64,000 nt of DNA from Thermoplasmatota archaeon. Its GTDB lineage: Archaea; Thermoplasmatota; E2; DHVEG-1; B18-G2. Positions 50,295-60,774 of this stretch are shown here, piece after piece. The notes under the pieces are model-generated. The model worked only from the letters and a program-made list of their open reading frames with translations. It was not told the origin of the DNA and made no database searches. The stretch covers positions 9,454-73,453 of the forward strand of contig JAPDJO010000027.1 in NCBI GenBank assembly GCA_029259115.1, in the 5' to 3' direction. A program made the position numbers and the translations under genes. The stretch's first letter is position 1, and every line of letters begins with the position of its first letter.

Positions 50295-51812
50295 ATGAGA
50301 TTGTATTACCTTAGTTTCCTATCGTTGTTTTTTCTTGCGATAGTTGGAGTTTATACATACCCCTCTCAAGCAGTAACATACCTAACCCACTCAGATTGGG
50401 AGTTAAATGAAGCGCCATCCATCGCTGCAGAAGAAAATATAGTATATGTTGTATGGAATTGTTGGCATAGTGAGTTTGAAAGTAAGATATACTGCACATA
50501 CAGTACAGATCAAGGCAAGACATGGCGTAATGCAACTTGTTTATCCCCTAATTCACGCATAGCCACTTCTCCGAAAGTTGTTCTTATCAACAAGACTGCT
50601 CACATTGTCTGGAAAGAATTTTCGTATGGGTATCCTGAAATATTTTATATAAACGGTACTTGGAAAAATTGGAGTAAAGCGTTGCAATTAACCTACGATA
50701 ATCCTAGGAAGAATAATATATATGATGTAAATATAGGGGTAGCAGAAAACGATACAATATATCTAGTATGGAAAGATTATAGAACTGGATCTTCTGAAAT
50801 TTTTTTCAAGAGACGGAATAATTATGTATGGGAGGAGGATAAGAGGTTAACCTATGACTACACACCTTCATATAATCCATCCGCAAGTTCGTATAAAAAC
50901 AAGATATTTGTTGTATGGGAAGATTGGGGCCTAGGAACAAGAATATGTATGATGAAAAGTGAAGATAGTGGCGTAAGTTGGAGTGAGAAAGAATATTTGA
51001 CTACCGATGGAGATAGCGAAAGACCAGATGTGGCGGTGGAAAAAGACAATGTTTATATCACATGGAAAATGAAAATTGATGGTGATTCACGTATATGCTT
51101 TATCTCAAGTTACGATGGTGGAAAAACTTGGAATGACATATACACAATTGCAAAGGGTAGTAACAATATAAATCCAAAAATCTCAGTCCACAACGATACT
51201 GTCGTGGTAGTCTGGCAAAGTAGAAAAGAAGATAGGTATGATATATGTATGAAGGTGAGTTTTAATAAAGGAAAGAACTGGAGTGATATTATAAACTTGA
51301 CGAGAGGTTCTATCAATGCATATGATGTCAGTATATACCTCTCCAACAACATACTTTATACTGTCTGGCAAGATTACCATGAGGCGAGCTACTCAGATAT
51401 ATGCTACGCGAGTTTTCATTTGGTCCAACTACCCATACCAAGCGTGGAAATATACATGGAGGATTATGATAGGATAACTGTAGATGTCTTTGCCAACAAC
51501 ATTTCATCCTCAGATGTCTCGACTTTAGGGTGCGTAGTCGAGTACAAAGATCGTGAGGGGAATTGGATTCCGATTAACGTATCGTTCTGTTCTAACCACT
51601 GGACAGGACATGTGAACGTTTCTAGTGAAATGGAAGATCTTGAATTATATACATTCAGAGCTAAATTTGTAAACTCTGTAGGGATGGAATCCCCTTGGCA
51701 GTACGCAAATGTGCAATTAGAATCCAAAAATAAGGCACCATTCCTAGAAGTAGGTTTTGTCTTGTTGGTCATGATCTTAGTTTTATTCATCAGGAGTGTG
51801 AGAAAATTATGA
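50295..51812 (+). CDS. BNR/Asp-box beta-propeller (sialidase-like) surface protein with C-terminal anchor
   Basis: Asp-boxes STDQGKTW, SEDSGVSW, SYDGGKTW, SFNKGKNW. C-terminal APFLE + TM + RSVRK. Confidence 0.75.
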   Translation: MRLYYLSFLSLFFLAIVGVYTYPSQAVTYLTHSDWELNEAPSIAAEENIVYVVWNCWHSEFESKIYCTYSTDQGKTWRNATCLSPNSRIATSPKVVLINKTAHIVWKEFSYGYPEIFYINGTWKNWSKALQLTYDNPRKNNIYDVNIGVAENDTIYLVWKDYRTGSSEIFFKRRNNYVWEEDKRLTYDYTPSYNPSASSYKNKIFVVWEDWGLGTRICMMKSEDSGVSWSEKEYLTTDGDSERPDVAVEKDNVYITWKMKIDGDSRICFISSYDGGKTWNDIYTIAKGSNNINPKISVHNDTVVVVWQSRKEDRYDICMKVSFNKGKNWSDIINLTRGSINAYDVSIYLSNNILYTVWQDYHEASYSDICYASFHLVQLPIPSVEIYMEDYDRITVDVFANNISSSDVSTLGCVVEYKDREGNWIPINVSFCSNHWTGHVNVSSEMEDLELYTFRAKFVNSVGMESPWQYANVQLESKNKAPFLEVGFVLLVMILVLFIRSVRKL

Positions 51813-52423
51813 AAAAGTTCGATTATATCATTATACTGATTTTTAGCATCAGTATACTGATCTCCGCATACGTACTTACAAGACCAACGTATGTTCATTT
51901 AGTTTTTGAAGTAAAGGCAGCAGATGATGATGCACGAACGTTTATAACTGGATTAGGATCCGGAAATGAAGATGGTAAATGGGCGGTGCTTCAGTTAAGT
52001 CCATCATACAGCTTTGGTCTTCGGTTCACTAATGTGACTATACCAAAGAATATCAAAATTAAAGATGTATATATAGAACTTTATAGCATAGGAACACCTG
52101 GTCACTCGCATCCAAATTGTAGGATATATGGTGATTTGTCAGAAAATGCATCAAATTTTACGGTGAAAGGCGTCCTAGACATATGTGGTAGAAATTACAC
52201 CAAACATTATGTGAGATGGAATGAAACTGTAGAATACGGTAAGTGGATTAGGACGCCATCTATAACACCTGTATTGGAAGAGATTATAAAGAATGAGAGT
52301 TGGAATCCTGGAGATCCTATAGTGATACTATTCATAACGGAAGGGGTAAGAGGTTTTTCTGCCGCATTCCAGAATTTTGAGAATGGTTATCCCGCACGAC
52401 TTCACATAATTTTTAAAGAATGA
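51809..52423 (+). CDS. membrane-tethered jelly-roll (DNRLRE/CBM-like) domain protein
   Basis: N-terminal TM, DDA, GLRFTNVTIP, TPSITPVLEEI...WNPG, PARLHI. Confidence 0.55.
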   Translation: MKKFDYIIILIFSISILISAYVLTRPTYVHLVFEVKAADDDARTFITGLGSGNEDGKWAVLQLSPSYSFGLRFTNVTIPKNIKIKDVYIELYSIGTPGHSHPNCRIYGDLSENASNFTVKGVLDICGRNYTKHYVRWNETVEYGKWIRTPSITPVLEEIIKNESWNPGDPIVILFITEGVRGFSAAFQNFENGYPARLHIIFKE

Positions 52424-52479
52424 ATATTAAGTAAATTATATAAGCTCCTATATTATTAGTAGCTACTGGGAAAATATAG

Positions 52480-55400
52480 ATGAGGTGGTCTAACTTACTG
52501 CTAATCTTAGCTTTTCTTACATTACTGTATACTTGCTTTCTTGTGATAGTTAGAGGAGGATATGACAAAGAGTGGAATATGATATACGAGGGTAATGAAG
52601 ATGATCTGATTTATGATATAGCAATTGACGATCAAGGTAATATAATAGCAGTGGGATGCACCGAAGTTAATGGGAATTATGATAATCTTATTATCAAATA
52701 TAATCCTGATGGAGATATACTTTGGGCAAAGAGTTACGGAACTTGGTCTGGCGAAAAGTTACACGCTGTTGTCATAGATAAAAACAATGACATAGTAATA
52801 GGTGGAGAAAAAGGGAGAGATATCTATATTGCAAAGATATCATCAGATGGCAGGAATGTATTATGGGAAAAAACAATATCTGGAGAATCTCTAGGCTGTG
52901 TATACGATTTGGATATAGATTTTCAAAACAATATCGTGCTTGCGGGAAAAAAATCCGATAATTTTTACATCGCGAAGATTTCTGAAAATGGTGATTTTCT
53001 TTGGAATGCTAGTGTTGACAATGGATACTTGGATTCGGCTACAGGGATAAAAGTTGATTCTAATAACAACATAATTGTAGCGGGGTATACATATGTTAAT
53101 GGCACATACTCATGGTGTATCTCGAAATATTCAGCAAGTGGACATTTAGTTTGGCTGAAAAGTTATGATATAAATCTACGCGGTAAAGCGTATGGGATAG
53201 ACATAGATTCTAATGACGATATAGTTATTGTAGGTACATTAAGTGATACTTCTTCTGGTAACGACATATGTATAGTGAAATGCAACGGGGATGGAGAGGT
53301 ATTGTGGAGTACAATCCATGAAAGAAACGGTAATGATTATGGAACAGATGTAACAATTGATCCAAATAGCAATATCATAGTTGTGGGCTATCTATACAGA
53401 TATGCAGATGACACAGATATTTTTATAGGGAAGTATACCAAAGATGGTCAGATTGTTTGGTATGAAAATTATGATTCAGGGTATCATGGAAAAGAATACG
53501 GCTATAGTGTTGCTGTTAATGGTAAAGGAGATATCTTTATCGGTGGGATTGTTGAAGAAAATTCCTCCTCTCTCGGTGATTTTGATGGTTTGATTTTAAA
53601 ATACGGATTTTCTCCTCTTTCACCACAGGCAAGTTTTTCATACTCTCCATATACCGTACCTCCCAACGAGAATTTTTCCTTCTATAGCACGTCCACTGAT
53701 CAGGATGGAGTGATTTTAAATTATGAATGGGACTTTGGGGATGGAAACAAAGGGTATGGCGAAACTACAACCCACTCCTATAGCAAACCCGGCGTTTATA
53801 AGGTAACACTTACAGTAACAGATAATGATGGTTTGTCGAGCTCAGTAATAAAAAACATAACTGTATTGGATATCAATCCCCCAATTGTTACAGATGTAAC
53901 CAACGCAGATGTTTGTTATACAGGAGATCCTTTTACATTCGTAGCTGAGGTCGAGGATGATGGGGAGATAAAGGAGGTAGACGTGACATACTGGTTCGAT
54001 CCCATGGATTCGATCACGGCTCATATGGAAAAAGTTGATGGGAATATTTTTAAATACACTATAGTGGTGCCAGAAGATGATCTTAGACCCCTTCACTATT
54101 ACATTACAGCGGTAGATAGTTTTAACAATGAGGCATCTACTGATGAAAAGGTAATTCCGGTTATAGATAATGATCCCCCAATCATAAAGGATATCAGGGT
54201 TGATCCTAATCCCCAAATAATAGGTGAAAAAGTTAACATAACAATGAAGATAACAGATAACATAGACCTAGATAGTGTATATCTAGATTTGACTTATCCA
54301 AATGGGAATAATCAGACTTTCGATATCTTTGAAAATAGAATAGGAGATACATTTTATTTAGAGAAGATCTTCTCATCACCTGGCAGGTATAATTTTAGGA
54401 TATATGTTAAAGATGTAAATGGAAACGAGAATCGCTCTGACATAGTCAGCTTCACTGTAATAGATAGCGATGCACCGTTGATTGAAGATTTGACATCAGG
54501 TGTTGCATATACTGGAGATGCCTTTGTCTTTTCTGCTAGAGTTGTGGATAATCAGGGGATAGATAGAGTATATGTTGAGTACTGGTATGATGACGGTTGG
54601 CACGAGATACATGAGATGGTACACACTGGTGAAGATATATACAAACATACAATAACTGTTAGAGATATTCTCGGAAAAATCCGGTACGAGATATTCGCAA
54701 GAGATATATCTGATAATTGGAATAGAACATCAACAAACTATGTAGATATTGTAGATGATGATCTACCTGTTATTGAGGATGAAACATCTTCCCTAGCAGG
54801 CACAGGCAACAGATTCACATTTGAGGCTGTCGTAAGAGATAATGTAGGGATATCGGAAGTTACTTTGGAGTATTGGTATGATGAAAACGAGATATATACC
54901 GCAAATATGATTAAAAACGGAGAAAATGTCTACAGATATGAAATTATCGTGAGAGATACTTTAAAACCGATTCACTATACTATAACGGCAACAGATACAT
55001 ACGGAAATCAACAAAAAACGTCTCTATCTACTATAGACATATATGATGATGATAAACCCATCATACATCATATAGGTATCAACCCATCTACACAAGAGAT
55101 AAAAGAGAATGTAAACATAACAGCAATAATTACAGATAATATAGAGATAGAAAGTGTTTTCATTTACATCAACTATCCAAATTCAAGTGAGGATAAGTTT
55201 AGGATGATTAGAAAGAATGGTAATGTCTTCTATTTGAATAGGTCATTCTCCAGTTTAGGGGAATATGAAATATACATAGAGGCTTCTGATACAAGTTATA
55301 ATAAAATAACATCTAATAGGGTGATTTTTCATATTGTAGATACAACTCCTCCGCATATCAGGGATCTCACTCAAAGCCAAGTTTTTGCAGGTGAGAATCT

Positions 55401-57306
55401 CCGATTCGTTGCAGAGATAGAGGATAATGTAAGGACAGAGAGAGTCTATGTTGAATTCTGGTATGGAGAAGAAAGTGATCATGAGATCAAAGAGATGATG
55501 TACAATCAGGAAGTGTATGAATACAATACTGTAGTGAAAAAAACCATAGATCCCCTCTATTACCAAATCATAGCAAAAGATATCTCTAACAACTGGGTTA
55601 GTACGCCTGTTAAAAAAGTCTTAATACTTGATATTTTACCTGCCATCATAAGAAATATTAGTATAGACCCTCCATCTCAGAAAGTTGGATACCCGGTAAA
55701 TATAAGTTGTGAGGTTGAAGATGATGTTTCTGTGAAGAATGTGACAATATCTGTAAAAGGGGGTAACAACTTTAGTATAGATGACCAGATTATGACCAGA
55801 TATCGAGGAAATATCTATTTCTTTAGATACAGATATAGCGCGCCAGGTGCTTATAACTTCACGATAAAGGTTATCGATGCTTCAGGAAATGTCAACACAT
55901 CTTCGATTTACAGGTTTGTTGTATACGAAAATAGAAATCCGTCGATTCCACATGATCCTATTCCAGCAGACAATCAACCGAATGTAAAATTAGATGTTAA
56001 TCTCTCGTGGAGGTGCGAAGATCCTGATAAAGTGGACAATTTGATGTATTATGTATATTTTGGTACCACTCCAAATCTCAAGTTAATAGGAAACACTACC
56101 AGGAACTATTACAGACTAGGAAAATTAAATACATCTACTACTTACTACTGGAAGATTGTTGCGACTGATGGTGACGTAGAAATAGAGGGTCCTATATGGA
56201 AATTCACAACCATATCTTCGAAAGATAATCATCCACCAGATAGACCAAAGAAACCTAATGGCTCCTTGCTAGTCGTAGTTGGCGTGAAGTATGTATATTC
56301 GACTTATACAAATGATAGTGATGGTGATAGTGTAAGATATGAATTCAACTGGGGTGATGGAAGTAAGAACATGACCGGATGGATAGACTCTGGAAAAGAG
56401 ATTGGTGTATATCACTCTTGGAAAAAAGAAGGAACGTACAAAGTTAGAGTGAGAGCTTTCGATGGTATATCGTGGTCAGAGTGGTCCGAGGAACTCAAGG
56501 TTGTTGTGAAAAACTCTTCTGAGTCTAGCAACTCACCCCCAGACAGACCAATTCTCTTGTCAGGTAAAAAACTCATCTATACAAACAGGAGCTGCAGTTT
56601 TATTTTCTCATGCACAGATCCAGATAATGATCTTTTACAGATGATGATTGATTGGGGTGATGGAACGAACAGTGGATGGTCAGGCTTTAAACCATCCAAC
56701 AGTTCCTTTTCTTTCTCACATATATGGACAGAGGAAGGGATATTCGTAATCAGAGCGATAGCAAAAGATGACAAAAATGAGAGTAGTGGATGGACAGAAA
56801 TAATTACCATTCGGGTCGTATCATCCATAGACGAGGATAAAGATGGAGTACCAAATGATGTAGATCCTCTTCCGAAAGATCCTTACAATGTAGAAACATT
56901 ATCGATCGACGGCAAAATCCTATATATTGTCAGGGATGATAGAGGTGGTATTGCTGGTATTTATTCTGCATACCAAAAGAAGTTCTCAAATATTAGAAAG
57001 GATGGAAGTAAAATTCTCCTCGATATCAATGATGATGGCAGATGGGAATACATCTATGACCTATTGAATGGAAAGGTCTATCCATATGAAGAGAGTGCAC
57101 CGAATTGGTGGATTTTTATAATCTCCATCGCCCTGATTGTAACTATATTGGCATCATATCATGTGAGACAACGACTGAACACATATGTAGTGAGAAGGTT
57201 TCGATGCCCAAATTGTGGATTCGAAGTAGAAATGAAAGGAAAAAAGGGACAAAAAATAAAGATGGGTTGTCCAAAGTGTAAGACGGAAGGTATTTTGAAA
57301 TTCTGA
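52480..57306 (+). CDS. 1608-aa surface protein: SBBP-type beta-propeller, PKD and Ig repeats, TM, cytoplasmic zinc ribbon
   Basis: D..GNI...G...KY...G...W repeats, WDFGDG and WGDG, D..P.I.D repeats, DEDKDGVPNDVD, CPNC...CPKC tail. Confidence 0.8.
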   Translation: MRWSNLLLILAFLTLLYTCFLVIVRGGYDKEWNMIYEGNEDDLIYDIAIDDQGNIIAVGCTEVNGNYDNLIIKYNPDGDILWAKSYGTWSGEKLHAVVIDKNNDIVIGGEKGRDIYIAKISSDGRNVLWEKTISGESLGCVYDLDIDFQNNIVLAGKKSDNFYIAKISENGDFLWNASVDNGYLDSATGIKVDSNNNIIVAGYTYVNGTYSWCISKYSASGHLVWLKSYDINLRGKAYGIDIDSNDDIVIVGTLSDTSSGNDICIVKCNGDGEVLWSTIHERNGNDYGTDVTIDPNSNIIVVGYLYRYADDTDIFIGKYTKDGQIVWYENYDSGYHGKEYGYSVAVNGKGDIFIGGIVEENSSSLGDFDGLILKYGFSPLSPQASFSYSPYTVPPNENFSFYSTSTDQDGVILNYEWDFGDGNKGYGETTTHSYSKPGVYKVTLTVTDNDGLSSSVIKNITVLDINPPIVTDVTNADVCYTGDPFTFVAEVEDDGEIKEVDVTYWFDPMDSITAHMEKVDGNIFKYTIVVPEDDLRPLHYYITAVDSFNNEASTDEKVIPVIDNDPPIIKDIRVDPNPQIIGEKVNITMKITDNIDLDSVYLDLTYPNGNNQTFDIFENRIGDTFYLEKIFSSPGRYNFRIYVKDVNGNENRSDIVSFTVIDSDAPLIEDLTSGVAYTGDAFVFSARVVDNQGIDRVYVEYWYDDGWHEIHEMVHTGEDIYKHTITVRDILGKIRYEIFARDISDNWNRTSTNYVDIVDDDLPVIEDETSSLAGTGNRFTFEAVVRDNVGISEVTLEYWYDENEIYTANMIKNGENVYRYEIIVRDTLKPIHYTITATDTYGNQQKTSLSTIDIYDDDKPIIHHIGINPSTQEIKENVNITAIITDNIEIESVFIYINYPNSSEDKFRMIRKNGNVFYLNRSFSSLGEYEIYIEASDTSYNKITSNRVIFHIVDTTPPHIRDLTQSQVFAGENLRFVAEIEDNVRTERVYVEFWYGEESDHEIKEMMYNQEVYEYNTVVKKTIDPLYYQIIAKDISNNWVSTPVKKVLILDILPAIIRNISIDPPSQKVGYPVNISCEVEDDVSVKNVTISVKGGNNFSIDDQIMTRYRGNIYFFRYRYSAPGAYNFTIKVIDASGNVNTSSIYRFVVYENRNPSIPHDPIPADNQPNVKLDVNLSWRCEDPDKVDNLMYYVYFGTTPNLKLIGNTTRNYYRLGKLNTSTTYYWKIVATDGDVEIEGPIWKFTTISSKDNHPPDRPKKPNGSLLVVVGVKYVYSTYTNDSDGDSVRYEFNWGDGSKNMTGWIDSGKEIGVYHSWKKEGTYKVRVRAFDGISWSEWSEELKVVVKNSSESSNSPPDRPILLSGKKLIYTNRSCSFIFSCTDPDNDLLQMMIDWGDGTNSGWSGFKPSNSSFSFSHIWTEEGIFVIRAIAKDDKNESSGWTEIITIRVVSSIDEDKDGVPNDVDPLPKDPYNVETLSIDGKILYIVRDDRGGIAGIYSAYQKKFSNIRKDGSKILLDINDDGRWEYIYDLLNGKVYPYEESAPNWWIFIISIALIVTILASYHVRQRLNTYVVRRFRCPNCGFEVEMKGKKGQKIKMGCPKCKTEGILKF

Positions 57307-57378
57307 TAGATTAAAACTTCAACAAACTTTTATATTGCAAGATTTATTCTTTATAGTCCAAAAAGGTGGTGGGGAGTT

Positions 57379-59785
57379 GATGGAAGTTCGGCATATTGGA
57401 TTAAGAAGTATAGTTGTTCTGTTAGTGCTGCTGCTGTCTATCCCGAATGTACACACATTTGTTGCAACATCTACAAATGGATGCAGGATTATCATAAATG
57501 AAATAATGTACAATCCTGAAGGAGCTGATTCAGGATACGAATGGATAGAGATTTTTAACTGTGGTGTTTCGGCTGTAAACATAAACGGCTGGAAGTTGTT
57601 TGAAGGGGGTCATAATTATTCCATAGATCTTGTCCAAGGTGATTTTATATTAAATAGTGGCGAATATGCAATAATAGCTGTAAATGGGTCAAAATTTTTA
57701 GAAATGCATCATAACTTCTCTGGAACAGTATATGATAGTTTTTTTAGACTCAACAACGATGGGGACTATATCGCACTAAAAGATGATATGTCAAATATCA
57801 TTGATGAAGTTTGGTACCAGCCAATAGCCAGAGAGAATTTTTCGATAGAAAGAGATGCATTTGGCAACTGGAAAGAGAGTTTGTTTGAAGGTGGAACACC
57901 TGGAGAGAGAAATAGTTGTGTAAAGGAGATGAGTATATCAAAAAAAGTATGGAATGGTAGTGCATGGGTAGACCATCTCGATATAACTGATATGGGTAAG
58001 CTGAGATTCAATATAACGATTGTTAATTCGGGCGAAGGGAATTACGTTGTGTATGACATCCATATAAAGGATTTTCTACCGAACTTTCTCAGATATAGTG
58101 GAAATTCCACAATTAATGGACAAGAAAGGGAACCAGATTGTATAGATAATGGGAGTATTTACTGGTTTATTCCCTGGAGTGAGCTTCATCTAGGAAAAAG
58201 AGAGAGACTTTTCCTAGAATTTGATACAAAGATTATCGGTTGCGGAAATGGATTGAATGAGGTTGAAGTGAATGCATCCTACTGTGATCCAAATATAGAC
58301 TATATCGTAGAAAGGGACAATGTCACTATAGTGTGTAATAGGCAGCCAAGCATAGATCTGGAGAAGAAGGTTTGGGATGAGGGAGAGCAGAGTTGGGTTG
58401 ATGAGGTATATGCAGAGGTTGGAGAGGAAGTTAGATTCAATATAACTATTGAGAACAATGGTACATGCTGTGATCTGGGTAATGTTACAGTTGTTGATAC
58501 GCTACCTTGTAGCTTAGAATATGTTACCTGTAGTGCTGTACCATCTCCTTATCAGATAGATGGTAAGACGTTGATCTGGAAGTTTGATGAGTTGAGGAAA
58601 GGAGAGAAGAAATACATCGAGTTCAGAGCTAGGGTTATGGTTTGCGGAGAGGTAGATGTAAATGTAGCAAATGTTACTGCTTATTGTAATGTTACTGATG
58701 AATGGGTATGGGATGAGGATGGTGCATCTCTTATCAAGATTTGTGATATGGATATAAATGTAGATAAAAGAGTATGGAATGGTAGTGCATGGGTAGATAA
58801 TCTGCGAGTTACTGATTTCGATTTCCCACTCAGGTTTAACATCAGTGTCAAGAATACTGGAAATGTTGAGATCGAGATGTTAGTGATAAATGATACATTC
58901 GGAGATTGTATACGCAACCTAAGCGGATTTAGTTATCCTTACACAGAATTGGGAGAAAATTTTGTTACTTGGGAAATAAACGATCATTTGCAACCCAACG
59001 GAACTATATACATTGAGTATACTGCTGTTTTACTCTGCGATGGTCTAAACCTTGTCACGGTAAAAGCCTTCTCACCTTGTGACACGATCTCTAGATCAGA
59101 TACCCTAATAATAGAGGGGTACAAACCTTCACTCTCTGTAGATCCATTAACAATCGATCTGGGAAGAATACAAAGAAACTCGACTCTATCCTTCAATTTT
59201 AATGTGTGGAACAGCGGATCAGGTGAATTGATATATAACATCTCGACATCCTGCGATTACATAACAGTCTTTCCGATGAACGGGACATCATATGGTGAAA
59301 ATGATACGATAGAGGGTATTCTAAACACGTCCAACTTATCTCAAGGAAACTACACCTGCTACATCTACATATCATCAAACGGTGGAGAAAAGATATTGAC
59401 CATACACTTTGAAATTGGAGAGACTAGTGTTAATAATAAACCTATCATCAGGTTACTCAAGCCGGAAGAAGGAAGGATTTACCTACTAGACCGATGTTTG
59501 CCTCTAAAAATCAAATGGACATTCATCTTGGGTCCCATAACAATAAGAGTGAATGCAACCGATCCAGATGGATACATAGATAGAGTAGAATTTTTTGTGG
59601 ACAATGAGTCTAGATTCAACGATACCTATGCTCCTTATGAGTGGAAGTGGAACGAGAAAGCTATCGGAATGAAAGAGATAAAGGTTGTAGCCTATGACAA
59701 CGAAGGATCAAGCACTGAAGAAAAGATCGAGGTATTTATCATTAATCTTGGTCTCATGAAATGGAATCAAGAACATACTTGTTAA
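57379..59785 (+). CDS. secreted protein: lamin-tail domain, three DUF11-like domains, BACON-like and Ig domains
   Basis: IINEIMYNP..EWIEIFN, LNNDGD, GTPG..N. K.VW...WVD repeats. C-terminal IDRVEFFVD..PYEWKW. Start refined to ATG 57379. Confidence 0.78.
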
Positions 59786-60752
59786 CTTCTCTTCTCCCCA
59801 CTAAAATCTCGAATTCGATCGGAGTAAGAATAGGGCTATCAAAATTGTCATAATCATCTATAGCTATCCTAGGACAAGCCGTTGATATAAGGCAATCAAA
59901 TTTACCAAAATCCCTAAGTAAGCTAGGACTAACATTGTCTAGCACTAAAAGATGAGCATCTTTATCCATTTTCTCTATTTCTTCTTTCAATCTCGTGGCT
60001 AGCTCCAGCCGTCTCTGTCCAATTTTCGAACTTATAATTATTCCAAATTTGTTGGCATCTTTAGATAGAGCTATCAAAGAATATCTTTTTTTCAATAACT
60101 TATCCTTTTCGTTAGCAATTTCCTCAGGCATTTTAATTTTCATAGAAACTGGATCTAGAGCATAAACTGGTTTTGATGTTACTAAAGATACACCTACGGG
60201 ATGAAAATTCCCTGTCCCAATAAAGACTATTGAATTTGCATTACCATGTAAAGCTGAAGAAAAATTACATCCTAGTACTAGACCTGGTTTAGAAATCCTA
60301 TCATCGCCCTCTCCAATATCCACGAGAAATCCCTGACTCTCCAGATTTCTTTTGATACTATGGATAAAATCTATGTGTTGAGCTGTTGTAACCAGATTTA
60401 TGCTCTTTTCTCTAACGTTTCTATAGATTTTCTCTGAAACTTTCTGTACATCCATATCCATTACAGCATTGACGAAGATTACGGGAAAATCGATTTTGAG
60501 ATTAGGAATAGGCAGATGACCAAAATGAATCAAAGCATCTGCACCTATAGATTTTGCAAGATCTATAGCCAGATCACAAGCTCCAAAGCAAGGGTCTGCA
60601 CTTATAAAAACTTCAGAATTTGTTCTCTCTTCTATAACATCAGCTATTTCTCTGGCATACACCTTCAAACCGGCAGGAAACTGCAACAGCAATCTTTTGT
60701 ATCTTTTTAGTTGGTCAAATGGAATGTCTACCCTGTAACTTCCAAATCTCAT
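59754..60752 (-). CDS. dph2: diphthamide biosynthesis enzyme Dph2
   Basis: LQFPAGLK, PCFGACD, HFGH, VLGCNF, GNFH, K.GQRR, TACPRIAIDD. Confidence 0.95.
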   Translation of the reverse strand: MRFGSYRVDIPFDQLKRYKRLLLQFPAGLKVYAREIADVIEERTNSEVFISADPCFGACDLAIDLAKSIGADALIHFGHLPIPNLKIDFPVIFVNAVMDMDVQKVSEKIYRNVREKSINLVTTAQHIDFIHSIKRNLESQGFLVDIGEGDDRISKPGLVLGCNFSSALHGNANSIVFIGTGNFHPVGVSLVTSKPVYALDPVSMKIKMPEEIANEKDKLLKKRYSLIALSKDANKFGIIISSKIGQRRLELATRLKEEIEKMDKDAHLLVLDNVSPSLLRDFGKFDCLISTACPRIAIDDYDNFDSPILTPIEFEILVGRREVNKYVLDSIS

Positions 60753-60774
60753 CTATATCTCCTATAAGAATCTG

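Noticed and set aside
47084-59785. Genomic island integrated at tRNA-Ser
   Set aside because: No att duplication, integrase or obvious compositional shift noticed.
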